DNA from: Naegleria gruberi
Taxonomy: Eukaryota
Reading direction: 5' to 3' (one strand)
DNA: 64,000 bases
Assembly: GCA_000004985.1 (NCBI GenBank)
Contig: GG738872.1
Part shown: piece by piece, positions 33,621 through 43,590 of the stretch
Numbering within the stretch: position 1 is the first letter of the stretch
How the letters are laid out: each line of letters starts with the position of its first letter
The notes under the pieces: model-generated
Seen by the model: the letters and a program-made list of their open reading frames with translations, nothing else
What the model was told of the DNA's origin: nothing
The model's database searches: none
Position numbers and translations under genes: made by a program

Positions 33621-33681
33621 GCCGACATAGCTCAGTTGGGAGAGCGTAAGACTGAAGATCTTAAGGTCCCTGGTGTCGGCA
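33621..33681 (+). pseudogene. tRNA-Phe(GAA)-like sequence lacking the T-arm (probable tRNA pseudogene or assembly deletion)
   Basis: GCCGACATAGCTCAGTTGGGAGAGCGTAAGACTGAAGATCTTAAGGTC-CCTGG-TGTCGGCA. Acceptor, D-arm, anticodon arm (GAA) and variable loop are intact, and the 3' acceptor strand TGTCGGC pairs with the 5' end. The expected ~12 nt (TTCGATxCCAGG) of T-loop and 3' T-stem are absent. Confidence 0.5.
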
Positions 33682-33752
33682 AATTTTGATTTAGTAAAGT
33701 TTGAGTATTAAGAAGAAAATAAATATATCTTGAAGTTGTGTTGTCAAGGTTG

Positions 33753-34658
33753 TTATTTGTTATTGTTCATTGATAAAGAATAAGATCCACTATTTGGATC
33801 CTTATCAAATTTAAAATTATTAATATTGATACCAAAAGCTCCCAAAAACTTGCCTCCAACATCTTTGAGTTGACCCCACATTTCTTCCAATTGCTTCTTT
33901 TGTTCTTCTTCTGATTTCACACGTAATCTTTCTGCATCCAATAGAATCTTCTTGGCCAACTGGTCTGGAATCATTGTAGGATCTTTCAAAATAATGTCTT
34001 GCAATTTTTTCATATCCGAATAGCTGGCTTGATAATTGTTCAATTGTTCATGACATTGAGATCTCTTGTAAAGTGATTTATAATGTTCCGAATCTAAATG
34101 ATCCAAAATAATTGTACAATACTCCAAACTTCTTTGAAATGAACTCATTTGGAAAAATGTTAAAGCCAAATTCGAATATAACACAATCAGCAATGTCTTC
34201 ACTTGATTATCATTATCTTCTTTAAATAAATCCAAATCTTTTGAAATTAAAGCCAAGGTCTCCTTTTCTGAAAGTAAAACTTCGGAATTTTCTAATAATA
34301 TATCATTATTATTTTCATTATTATTTTCCTCATTAATTTCCTCTTCGGAATTGTTTGTACTAGTAATATTTTCAGAATTATTTACATCATCATCTGCTGT
34401 TGTTGTTGTTTCATTCACTTGACCAATGGTAGACTTATTTGCATCTTTTGATTCATCTTGAACCTCCTTGTTTTTAGAAATATAATCCCTCACAAAAACT
34501 ACCAAATTACTCAAAGACTCTTGATAATACTTCTCAGCAAGTTCCCATTCCCTTGTTTTAAAATGTTGATTTCCCTTTTCCTTGCTTTGATTACATTCCG
34601 ATAAAATGTTTTTCACTAGTTCCGAGTTACAAATGCCTGAGTCATTAGATTGTTTCAT
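33753..34658 (-). CDS. TPR-repeat protein, TTC1-like (301 aa)
   Basis: TPR consensus (KEKGNQHFKTREWELAEKYYQESL). Acidic Asn/Glu-rich linker. The C-terminal tail FLGAFGININNFKFDKDPNSGSYSLSMNNNK resembles the TTC1 C-terminus, recalled from memory. Confidence 0.55.
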   Translation of the reverse strand: MKQSNDSGICNSELVKNILSECNQSKEKGNQHFKTREWELAEKYYQESLSNLVVFVRDYISKNKEVQDESKDANKSTIGQVNETTTTADDDVNNSENITSTNNSEEEINEENNNENNNDILLENSEVLLSEKETLALISKDLDLFKEDNDNQVKTLLIVLYSNLALTFFQMSSFQRSLEYCTIILDHLDSEHYKSLYKRSQCHEQLNNYQASYSDMKKLQDIILKDPTMIPDQLAKKILLDAERLRVKSEEEQKKQLEEMWGQLKDVGGKFLGAFGININNFKFDKDPNSGSYSLSMNNNK

Positions 34659-35493
34659 TTTTTCCTTCTCTTTTTAATTCCTTTTCCTTCTTTTTTATTC
34701 AATTCGTTCTTTTGCTTTTCAAAGTCTACATCAATGTAGATGAAACTTTAGTAATTATTTAAAAATGTAGTTTGTATCAAGTCAACCAATAATATTGATT
34801 ATGATAACATTAGCCGAAGATTATATTATCTCTAATTTGGATTGTGCTGTTGTAAAATTACTTGATTTAAGCAATGGTGAATCAATTATCAATAATAGCG
34901 AGATTCGTGTTGTTGTGATTTCTCAGCAATGCAAGAAGAAGAAACAACATCCAAAGTTTCTAACTCCTTGTCCGTGTCACCAATCGAATTGATGGATCAT
35001 TATAAAAAAAATCCTCACCACTCACTGAACCTCCTGCCAACAAAGATAAACATCTTACAGGGATTCTTTGAAAAACAATCATTTGGTAGAATATATTATC
35101 TGAATCAACAATATTTTACTGTTGTGTTCTTTTTCAGATTGATCTGATAACCAACAAATTGTTGCTAATTGGCTGAAGAAGATAAAAGAAAATTATTCAA
35201 TTTACATTGAATCAAATTGCAACAAACTATCAATTGTTATTTCAACAAACAAAAACGATCTAGAAGGAAATAGAAAATTTTTTCAAATATCTTTTTAGAT
35301 CATCAAAGAAGAAAAATCCAATTAGTAATATCCGATCTTTGAAGATTATCGAGTGATCCACACAATTAATAACAACAACAACAATAATTTTAGTAGAACT
35401 CTATTAGCTTGCTATACACGGGATCACCTTATTATTGGAACTAGAATAACATAATACATTTTGGATCAAACATTATAGAATTGAAACTATTAA

Positions 35494-38400
35494 ATGTCTA
35501 ATTTAAAGGATAGAATAGCAGCCTTTGAAAATAGGAATAATACAGGTAGTGGTGGTGCTAGTACAACAAACAATGCTCCTACCTCAAGTAAACCAACAAG
35601 GATTAACGGATCAGAATTAACATCAACTAGTGGTGGTGGCAGTGGTAGTGGCAATGGTCACCCAAGTGGTCGTCCTCTTCCTCCAACTAAAACTACTTCA
35701 AGCAATCCTGTATCAACAACAACAACAACAAACAATGGTAACAATACCACAACTCCAAGAACTCTGCCACCAACACCAACCGATAGAACCTCACTCAATG
35801 TTGGACTGAATAGAACAAATACCACTACCAATAATAATAACACTACTCCTCCAACTGTTAGTCCAAGAATAATAACAACCACACCTACCAATACTACCAA
35901 TACTACACAAGTTGCTGCAGGTAATTCTCAGAATCATCAGCACCACCACCCAACAACAAGCCAGCATCAACCTTCTCCAACCATAAATACCACCCCAACA
36001 ACGCAACAAGAAAATAGCGCAACATTAACTCCAGTATCACCATCTTCATCTCCAACGCAAACACTCACAAGAGTTAATTCTGCTGGACAACAGGACAATC
36101 TTTATGATATGACAAATAATGAGGACGGAAATATGGAGGACGATCCAAGAAGACCGAATGATGTAAATGCTATTCATCAATTGCCAAAAAACAAACCTGC
36201 TGTACCTAAAAAGTTTAGAAATACTCCAGGTACTACAACTACAAATTCAACTTTGGGTAGACCAACACCAAAAGTTCCACCTTCAATTCCACAAGCCAGA
36301 AGAGCTGTTACTTCTTCAGTCACACAAGTCGATCTACCAACTTCAGAAAATGGTTCTGAACCAAACACAACCACAACAAATGTTGATCCAGGTTCTACAA
36401 TCACCTATTCCGATTCATTCAATTCATCAAGAATATCTATTCGTCCATCAGCCAATGGAATGCCTTATGCTTCAGGAATTGTTGGATTAGGCGATAAGCT
36501 CCCACAAGGAAAATTCATTCCTTATGTTCCACCTGAAGTTGAGGATACTGTTGTTAGTAGCTCTCTCACAAAACAAGTTAAACTTTCTATTACATCTGAA
36601 TCAGATGCTGAAACATTGGAATTCCAGGAAATTTACAAACATCCAACTAAAAAACAACAAGATGCTGCTGTTATTCTTCAAAAGTATATCAGAAGATGGG
36701 ATGCTAAAAAGGCCTACAAAAAGATGCAAAAAGCCAGACTTAACAGAGAAAATTGTGCCAAGGAAATTTTGTCAACAGAAAAGTACTATGTTGAATCACT
36801 TAACATTCTTCAAGAAGTTTATCTTAAACCATTCAAAGCTATGGCTGCAAAGGATAAACCATTGATCACCAAGGAAGAAGTCTCTGCTATTTTCTCGGAT
36901 ATTGATGTTATTTTGAACTTTAACAATACATTTTTGAAAGATTTAGAAGAGAGGCTCCAAAACTATGTATACACTGTTACGATCAGTGATATTTTCCTCC
37001 AAATTGCACCTTTCTTTAAAACTTATTCACGATACTGTAACAATTTTGATAAGGCAAATGAAGTCCTCAGGGAATGCAAAAAGAGGGAAGAATTCAAGGA
37101 ACAAGTTTCCAAGATGGATAAGGATAGTAGAACCTCCAAGTTAGGTCTGCAAAGTTATCTTATTCTCCCAATCCAACGTATTCCAAGATATAGATTGCTT
37201 CTCCAAGATTTGATCAAACATTCAGGACCTTCCCATCCCGATTACAAAGGATTGAAATTGGCTCTCGAAAAGATTTGTGAAGTTGCCGATCACTTGAACA
37301 ATACAATGAAGAGTATTGAAGCAACCAATGAAATTATCAAGATTCAATCCCAATTCTATGGTGAATTGAATTTGGTTGAACCTCATAGAAAATTCTTGAA
37401 AGATGGTGCATTGCAAGAAATTGTTTCCGCTGACTTTACCAAAACAAGAGATATCTATGTTCATCTTTTCAATGATATTATTCTCCTTTCACAAAAATCA
37501 GGGAAAACTTTCACCCTCAAACTTCAACTTCCTCTCAATGATTTGATTATTTTCAGCTACCTAAACCAAGAAGATCAAATTGATGACACAATCTTTAAAT
37601 TACAATCACCAAGTAAGGCAATCATCATCAAGACAGCTACACCAGCCGAAAAAAATAGTTGGACCATCACTTTGCACAATTTGATTAATGAATCTAAAAT
37701 TTCCAAGAAGAATAAGACACTCAATGTGGATGTACATACAATTGCTGACGATTCTTCAACTACATTTGCTTTGGCTATGAGTGACAATGATGGTATTGTC
37801 ATTCCACCTGAAGAGTGTATCAGAAGAATGAAGGCTGGTTCTACTATGCTCAAATATTGTCGTACTGGTAAGCCTCACTTTAGAAGATTTGTATTGAGTT
37901 CTGATGAAACTGAACTTATGTGGGGATCCCCTAATAAGCAATCTAACGAATCTATTGTGTCTCTTACTGATGTCAAGAAGATTTGTTACGGCCAAAACAC
38001 AGCAATTTTCCAAAAGTATAAGAATCCTGATCTTGAAGGTCTTTCATTCTCATTATTGTACAGAGATAGAACTTTGGATATTGTATGTAAGGATAAGCAA
38101 GAGTATCACACATGGGTACAAGGTATCACATACTTGTTGTCACACTTGGATTCCATTTTAAAGAAGAAGACTGTTGTCCCAGTTGTTGGAAACGAACCAA
38201 AATTCGCACCAATCACCATCGTCCACGATATGGAAAATGAGAAACAAAAATTCAAGGAACAATTTGAAAGAATTGGTGATGCTTATACATGGGGTCAAGG
38301 TGCTAGTGGTTCACTTGGACACGGAAATCAAGAAGATAAGAAGGAGCCTCTGGTTATGAAGGACTTTTTATATTTGGATGTTTCTATGGTTGCTTGTGAA

Positions 38401-39270
38401 AATTCTGCTGGTGCTGCTGTCATGTTTACAGGAGAATTGTTTACATGGGGCAAAGGAGAAAAAGGTAGATTGGGTCATGGTGATTCTAACGATAGANNNN
38501 NNNNNNNNNNNNNNNNNNNNNNNNNNNNNNNNNNNNNNNNNNNNNNNNNNNNNNNNNNNNNNNNNNNNNNNNNNNNNNNNNNNNNNNNNNNNNNNNNNNN
38601 NNNNNNNNNNNNNNNNNNNNNNNNTCACAATAATACTGAAGAGTATCTTTTACCAACATTTGTAGAAACATTTAGAAATATGCCAGTTAAACAAATTGCT
38701 GCTGGTAGTGCACACAGTGGTTGTATCACAGAAGGAGATGGAGCTGTTTACATGTGGGGAAGTGGTATTTATGGCCAAATTGGTAACAATACTAATACTC
38801 ACGCTTTAACACCAATGAGAGTCAAGTTTGGTAAACTGAAAGCCAAACAACTTGTATGTGGTGTTAATCACGTACTTGTTCTTATGGAAGATGGATCTGT
38901 TTACGGTTGGGGAGCTGGTACTTATGGTAGACTTGGTAATGGTAATGAATCAGATCAACGTGTTCCTGTAAGAATTAATTTCTTTGACGATAAGAATGTT
39001 CGTGGATTGGGAGCTGGTGGCAGTAGTAGTGCTGCTGTTTGTGCTCACCAATGGGTTCCTGATAAGGATGCTGATGATTGTATGAGTTGCAAGTCAAAGT
39101 TTACATTCCTCAGAAGAAGACACCATTGCAGATATTGTGGTGGTATTTTCTGTGGAAGTTGTACTGGTAAAAGAATTACTCTTCTTCGTTTTGGTTTTGA
39201 TGAACCAGTTAGAGTTTGTGACAATTGTTATCAAATTCTTACAAACGCTGCTCAAACCTACAAGAGGTAA
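35494..39270 (+). CDS. multidomain RhoGEF: Ser/Thr/Asn-rich N-terminus, IQ motif, DH domain, two PH domains, RCC1 repeats, C-terminal FYVE zinc finger (about 1258 aa; interrupted by an N gap)
   Basis: IQ: AAVILQKYIRRWDAKKAYKKMQKARL. DH: LQSYLILPIQRIPRYRLLLQDLIKHS. PH: MLKYCRTGKPHFRRFVLSSDETELMWGSP…EYHTWVQGITYLL. RCC1: YTWGQGASGSLGHG, FTWGKGEKGRLGHGDSNDR, VYMWGSGIYGQIGN, VYGWGAGTYGRLGNG. FYVE: WVPDKDADDCMSCKSKFTFLRRRHHCRYCGGIFCGSC…RVCDNCY. Confidence 0.8.
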   Translation: MSNLKDRIAAFENRNNTGSGGASTTNNAPTSSKPTRINGSELTSTSGGGSGSGNGHPSGRPLPPTKTTSSNPVSTTTTTNNGNNTTTPRTLPPTPTDRTSLNVGLNRTNTTTNNNNTTPPTVSPRIITTTPTNTTNTTQVAAGNSQNHQHHHPTTSQHQPSPTINTTPTTQQENSATLTPVSPSSSPTQTLTRVNSAGQQDNLYDMTNNEDGNMEDDPRRPNDVNAIHQLPKNKPAVPKKFRNTPGTTTTNSTLGRPTPKVPPSIPQARRAVTSSVTQVDLPTSENGSEPNTTTTNVDPGSTITYSDSFNSSRISIRPSANGMPYASGIVGLGDKLPQGKFIPYVPPEVEDTVVSSSLTKQVKLSITSESDAETLEFQEIYKHPTKKQQDAAVILQKYIRRWDAKKAYKKMQKARLNRENCAKEILSTEKYYVESLNILQEVYLKPFKAMAAKDKPLITKEEVSAIFSDIDVILNFNNTFLKDLEERLQNYVYTVTISDIFLQIAPFFKTYSRYCNNFDKANEVLRECKKREEFKEQVSKMDKDSRTSKLGLQSYLILPIQRIPRYRLLLQDLIKHSGPSHPDYKGLKLALEKICEVADHLNNTMKSIEATNEIIKIQSQFYGELNLVEPHRKFLKDGALQEIVSADFTKTRDIYVHLFNDIILLSQKSGKTFTLKLQLPLNDLIIFSYLNQEDQIDDTIFKLQSPSKAIIIKTATPAEKNSWTITLHNLINESKISKKNKTLNVDVHTIADDSSTTFALAMSDNDGIVIPPEECIRRMKAGSTMLKYCRTGKPHFRRFVLSSDETELMWGSPNKQSNESIVSLTDVKKICYGQNTAIFQKYKNPDLEGLSFSLLYRDRTLDIVCKDKQEYHTWVQGITYLLSHLDSILKKKTVVPVVGNEPKFAPITIVHDMENEKQKFKEQFERIGDAYTWGQGASGSLGHGNQEDKKEPLVMKDFLYLDVSMVACENSAGAAVMFTGELFTWGKGEKGRLGHGDSNDRXXXXXXXXXXXXXXXXXXXXXXXXXXXXXXXXXXXXXXXXXXXHNNTEEYLLPTFVETFRNMPVKQIAAGSAHSGCITEGDGAVYMWGSGIYGQIGNNTNTHALTPMRVKFGKLKAKQLVCGVNHVLVLMEDGSVYGWGAGTYGRLGNGNESDQRVPVRINFFDDKNVRGLGAGGSSSAAVCAHQWVPDKDADDCMSCKSKFTFLRRRHHCRYCGGIFCGSCTGKRITLLRFGFDEPVRVCDNCYQILTNAAQTYKR
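38497..38624. other. assembly gap (128 N) inside the RCC1 region of the RhoGEF gene
   Basis: Run of N. Frame continuity across it cannot be assessed. Confidence 0.95.
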
Positions 39271-39843
39271 TTTGTAACATATAAAACTATTTATTTAAAA
39301 TTTTTGAAGTCTGGTGTCGTAATTTACTTCTTGTCACTTATCGAATCTTTAGTACTGTATCATAGTTCAAATCAAGATTTTAATCAACTTTTACAAAGAT
39401 TTTCTCCATTTTTGACTTTTATTCCTAAAAATGTGATTATCAAACCCAATAAAAAAAACCTGTAAGCGGATCATTTAAAATATCATTAATAATACGTTAT
39501 TGTTTATTGGAATTACCGAACCAACATTCATTTCCTCAATCACCAACTTATATGATGAAGATTATTGAAAAAGATGCCAAAATTTCAATAGAGAACTGAT
39601 TGTTGAGATTCATGACGAAAATATTTTGATGCTTAATAACAGTACTCTCTTTTCGTCATGCTTATCAACGTTACACTGTATTCGTACCATATCCTTGCCT
39701 TAAATTGAATTGTATTTCCGTGAGTAAGCGAAATGGCTTATCCAAACTAAAGTTCTTTACCTATTCTATACCCTATAAATGCAACTGTTTTAATAACCAA
39801 CTGTTTTTCCAACCAAGAAAAAAACAATTAATAACAAATAACA

Positions 39844-40806
39844 ATGCACTCTATTCAAGCTTTAAAGTTGAACAAACTTAATCTCGATCCTGCAATTTCT
39901 ACATCCAACGATGAATCAGATTCGAATAAGAAGAAATATATCAAGTTCTCTGATAGATTTGGAACCACAGAACCTTTCTACAAATACATGGTCACAAAAT
40001 TCGAGTTGGTACACAACCACCTCTTAAACATTTGTCCAGTCATTCTCATGGTTTTGGTACATAATGACCTTCTGTCACCATTCTGGGCAGTATTAATTCA
40101 ACAATACTTAACAATTATATGGACACTTTCTCTGCATTCCCTTCTCCATGCCAAGACATGTGTCGATTCCAATCAAAACTATGATTTGCTTACTGACATT
40201 CTTATTGGAATTCCATATTTTGGTTTATTCACTCCTTCCATTGCTAAATTTGGTCATGACACACATCACAATTACACTGGAACTGAAAAGGATTTGGATC
40301 ACTTCTTCTTCAAGACTGAAAATCCAATTCTCCTCTTTATTTATTCCTCATTCTTTTCTGAATATTACATTTTCTGCTATTTATGGGAGAAATCTTCAGA
40401 AAAGATGCAAATTTTAAGAAGTGTTTCAATCATGCTCGTTAAATTGGTGATTTTATTGACAATGTACAAGATTTTGGGTAATTCCTTCTTGATTATCTTT
40501 TTGAGTTCAAGATTTGCAAAGAGTTACATTTTTGCTTCCTTTACTCAACTTGTCCACAAGATTGATTTGGAAACAATTTTATTCGATTTGGAAGAAAGAT
40601 TGAATTTGCCAATCACTATTGATACTATTTTGCATTACACTTTCGGATACAATATTCATGTAGTCAAGTATCACGATGATCATCATGCTTACAGAATGAT
40701 TTGTCCATCTGCTTACTATCCAGCTCTTCATAATTATTATAAGAAACATCAAGTGAAGGAAAATAATAATAGAATTGACAGTCCTGGAAGAAATAAAGCA
40801 ATATAA
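39844..40806 (+). CDS. fatty acid hydroxylase/desaturase superfamily membrane protein (three His boxes)
   Basis: HSLLH (HxxxH), HDTHH (HxxHH) and HVVKYHDDHH (HxxHH) spaced as in sterol-desaturase/hydroxylase-type di-iron membrane enzymes. Several hydrophobic segments. Confidence 0.55.
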   Translation: MHSIQALKLNKLNLDPAISTSNDESDSNKKKYIKFSDRFGTTEPFYKYMVTKFELVHNHLLNICPVILMVLVHNDLLSPFWAVLIQQYLTIIWTLSLHSLLHAKTCVDSNQNYDLLTDILIGIPYFGLFTPSIAKFGHDTHHNYTGTEKDLDHFFFKTENPILLFIYSSFFSEYYIFCYLWEKSSEKMQILRSVSIMLVKLVILLTMYKILGNSFLIIFLSSRFAKSYIFASFTQLVHKIDLETILFDLEERLNLPITIDTILHYTFGYNIHVVKYHDDHHAYRMICPSAYYPALHNYYKKHQVKENNNRIDSPGRNKAI

Positions 40807-41017
40807 AAAAACTTAATTACTATACATATTTGAAACAATATTATTAAGCAAAAATCCTAAAATTGATAATTTACGTATGAACTTTGTGCCTTTCAATGAA
40901 AATGAATTTATTCGAAATAGTGTGAATTACAAATTTAAAACCATTTTTTAAATTGTTTTGAAATGAGGTTGCTCCTGAAGTTGAGATGTTTATGATTCAC
41001 ATTTTGAGTAAATGATT

Positions 41018-41135
41018 GGCTACGGCCATATCACGATGCATGCACCTCATCCCGTCCGATTTGAGAAGTTAAGCATCGTCGAGCCACATCAGTACTGAGG
41101 TTGGAGACAACTTGGGAACCTGTGGTGCTGTAGTC
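41018..41135 (+). rRNA. 5S ribosomal RNA gene (copy 1), followed by a T5 Pol III terminator at 41136-41140
   Basis: GGCTACGGCCATATCACGATGCATGCACCTCATCCCGTCCGATTTGAGAAGTTAAGCATCGTCGAGCCACATCAGTACTGAGGTTGGAGACAACTTGGGAACCTGTGGTGCTGTAGTC matches the universal 5S helices/boxes (…ACGGCCATA…CCCGTCCGATxTG.GAAGTTAAGC…AGTACT…GGGAGAC…GGGAA…GGTGCTGTAG). 118 nt. Confidence 0.85.
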
Positions 41136-41292
41136 TTTTTAATCTTAGATAAATCAACAGGATTACGACTGTGCGTATTGAGCTTGAGAGGTTATAAATA
41201 ACATTATGAACTATTGAAAATAATGTGTGAATGATTTAGGTTTTATTTACAATGATTTGCCTTGGTTTACAAAATTTTGAGTTAAATGGAGA

Positions 41293-41508
41293 TTACCACT
41301 TTTTGAATTGTTTGTTTCTCATTTCTAAGGTGTTATGTGATTGAGATTTGAAAGTTTTGCTTGTTTCACTTCCAATAGAATTCAATGTTTTGTAATCAAT
41401 TAAATTTCTTCTTCTTGTACCACCAACAATGTTATCCAGAGAAATTTCGGAATTAAATTGTGAAGTATTATTGGAGGAATTATACATATTTCTTCTTGTT
41501 GAGACCAT
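41293..41508 (-). CDS. small ORF (71 aa), divergently oriented paralogue of ORF 41728-41925
   Basis: Shares the motif NI(V/I)(G/S)GTR(R/H)RN(L/N)IDY…N with the facing ORF. No database family recognised. Confidence 0.35.
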   Translation of the reverse strand: MVSTRRNMYNSSNNTSQFNSEISLDNIVGGTRRRNLIDYKTLNSIGSETSKTFKSQSHNTLEMRNKQFKKW

Positions 41509-41727
41509 TTTCTTATTGTTATTTTGTTATTTTCTTTTGTTGATTTTCATTAATTTTCCTTTCATCAAAATATTAATAGAAAAATTCAAATTTCTTGTGA
41601 TGAGTGGAAAATCCACTAAAAATCGGAATCACAAAATTAGTGGAAATCATCACGGAAATAAACAGATCTGGTATCAGATGATATTTCCACAACAAAACAA
41701 AACTAAATAACAAAAACTAAGAGCAAA

Positions 41728-41925
41728 ATGCCAGCTAGAAATACTTCATCAAATTCTTCCGAAGATAGAATTCCAACAAAAACAGAATGGACAAGATCTA
41801 AACCAATTGATTTAACTAAAAGATTACCATTATTTGATATTGATACTTCAAATATAATAAGTGGAACTAGACATCGTAATAATATTGATTATCATCATGC
41901 AAATTTAAATGGTAAACAAATGTGA
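41728..41925 (+). CDS. small ORF (65 aa), divergently oriented paralogue of ORF 41293-41508
   Basis: …FDIDTSNIISGTRHRNNIDYHHANLNGKQM versus …ISLDNIVGGTRRRNLIDYKTLNSIGSE in the partner. ATG preceded by an A-rich leader. Confidence 0.35.
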   Translation: MPARNTSSNSSEDRIPTKTEWTRSKPIDLTKRLPLFDIDTSNIISGTRHRNNIDYHHANLNGKQM

Positions 41926-42471
41926 AAAGATCATCGAAAAATTCAATTGAAAAGAGAGCTAAACAATCAAACACCACAACTAAGAAGATTACTAAATCGA
42001 AAAAGATGTAAAATTGTAACTTGTAAATAATTCAGTAAATTGTAAATATATGAAGTTTCAATTTCGAATTGATCAGAATATGAGAAACCAAAATTTGGAT
42101 CAAGCAATTTACATGGCAAAAGTTCAATAAATAGAAGGGTGATCAACCTTTTCAATTTCTTCAACAACCTGTTATTTGAACACAACAAGATTCGTCCAGA
42201 ACTCTTGCCTTCACTGTTCATACAGTCAAAGACTGTAGCGGGATAGTCGCCATATTCCTGGCAGGCTTCCCGTCCAAAATTAATAATTGAAATTTCTCTA
42301 GAGCTTCCAAAGTATTGATAACTATAAAAATGAAGGAATAAGTTAAAGATTTCAAGTAAATAAGATTTTGTTGTCTTTCAATGGTTAATTCATTTTGTAA
42401 TTTTAGACGATCATATTGGATGAACAATACCTATTTCAATTTATTTATTATTCATTGTATTAAGGCAATAA

Positions 42472-42530
42472 ATGGCTACGGTATATCGTTTCATAGAGTT
42501 AAACATTGATTTTGAGTAATGAATAGCTGT
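42472..42530 (+). repeat. degenerate 5S rRNA fragment (5S start plus upstream-element-like pieces)
   Basis: aaatggctacggtatatcg… and …attgattttgagtaatgaatagct resemble the 5' end and the conserved upstream element of the two intact 5S genes but lack the gene body. Confidence 0.4.
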
Positions 42531-42832
42531 ACCCAAACCATTTTACAAGTATTAAATTTTTCCAATAATCACCTTTTAATTCAAAACCATTAAGAGTCAA
42601 ATTGCATTCAATTCACGAACGACAAGTTAAAATTCATTATTGCATGTACAGCTGCAGCACATACTTACTAAACATGAACCAATTTTGTGTCCATAAACAA
42701 AAATCGGTTCATCGAAAGAATTTCTTTGCCGAAGAACTACTTTCTAAAAATATATATAACTATATAGTTTAAAAAGCAGGGAACTGTTTTGAATTCAAGA
42801 AAAACAATAAGAAAAACAAGACAACAAACATA

Positions 42833-43291
42833 ATGCAATTATTTGTCAAGACACTCACTGGAAGAACTATCACTTTGGAGGTTGAATCTAATGATTCAAT
42901 TGAAAATGTGAAAAGAAAAGTACAAGATAAGGAAGGAATTTCACCAGATCAACAAAGACTCATCTTTGCTGGAAAACAATTGGAAGATGGCAGAACTATT
43001 AATGATTACAACATTCAAAAAGATTCAACTCTTCATTTGGTGTTGAGATTAAGAGGAGGAATGCAACTTTTTGTAAAAACTTTAACTGGAAAGACAATCA
43101 CTATTGAAATGGAATCGAATGATACTGTTGAGAATATGAAACAAAAGATATTTGATAAGGAAGGTATTCCTTCAGATCAACAACGATTGATTTATGCCGG
43201 TAAGCAATTGGAAGATGGAAGAACTATTGGTGATTACAATCTTCAAAAGGATTCAACTGTGCATTTAGTATTGAGATTGAGAGGTGGTTAA
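42833..43291 (+). CDS. di-ubiquitin-like gene: two diverged ubiquitin repeats ending in GG-stop
   Basis: Repeat 1 differs from canonical ubiquitin at about 11 of 76 positions and repeat 2 at about 16 of 76. Lys6/27/29/33/48/63 and the C-terminal LRLRGG are retained; Lys11 is Arg in repeat 1. Confidence 0.8.
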   Translation: MQLFVKTLTGRTITLEVESNDSIENVKRKVQDKEGISPDQQRLIFAGKQLEDGRTINDYNIQKDSTLHLVLRLRGGMQLFVKTLTGKTITIEMESNDTVENMKQKIFDKEGIPSDQQRLIYAGKQLEDGRTIGDYNLQKDSTVHLVLRLRGG

Positions 43292-43472
43292 GTTAGCAAA
43301 ATATCATAGATTCTCTCAATTATTGTCAATAAATTATTGAATAGTGAACATGAGTAAAATTTATAATCAACATCCAAAAACAAGTCATTTGTAACTTTCT
43401 AATGGAGCTACATACACTCAATTTCAGAGGAGGTTTGAACTGATTCATGTTTCACAATTTAAGATAATGAAT

Positions 43473-43590
43473 GGCTACGGCCATATCATGATGAATGCAC
43501 CTCATCCCGTCCGATTTGAGAAGTTAAGCATCGTCGAGCCACATCAGTACTGAGGTTGGAGACAACTTGGGAACCTGTGGTGCTGTAGTC
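43473..43590 (+). rRNA. 5S ribosomal RNA gene (copy 2), followed by a T5 terminator
   Basis: Same length (118 nt) as copy 1. It differs at a few positions (TCATGATGAATGCACC vs TCACGATGCATGCACC). The upstream 40 bp shares the element tgattcacAATTTaAGaTAATGAATGGCTACGG with copy 1. Confidence 0.85.

Noticed and set aside
35658-36009. Minus-strand ORFs (80 and 72 aa) and other short ORFs inside the RhoGEF gene
   Set aside because: Antisense and out-of-frame artefacts of the Thr/Asn/Val-rich repetitive region. No start context or homology.
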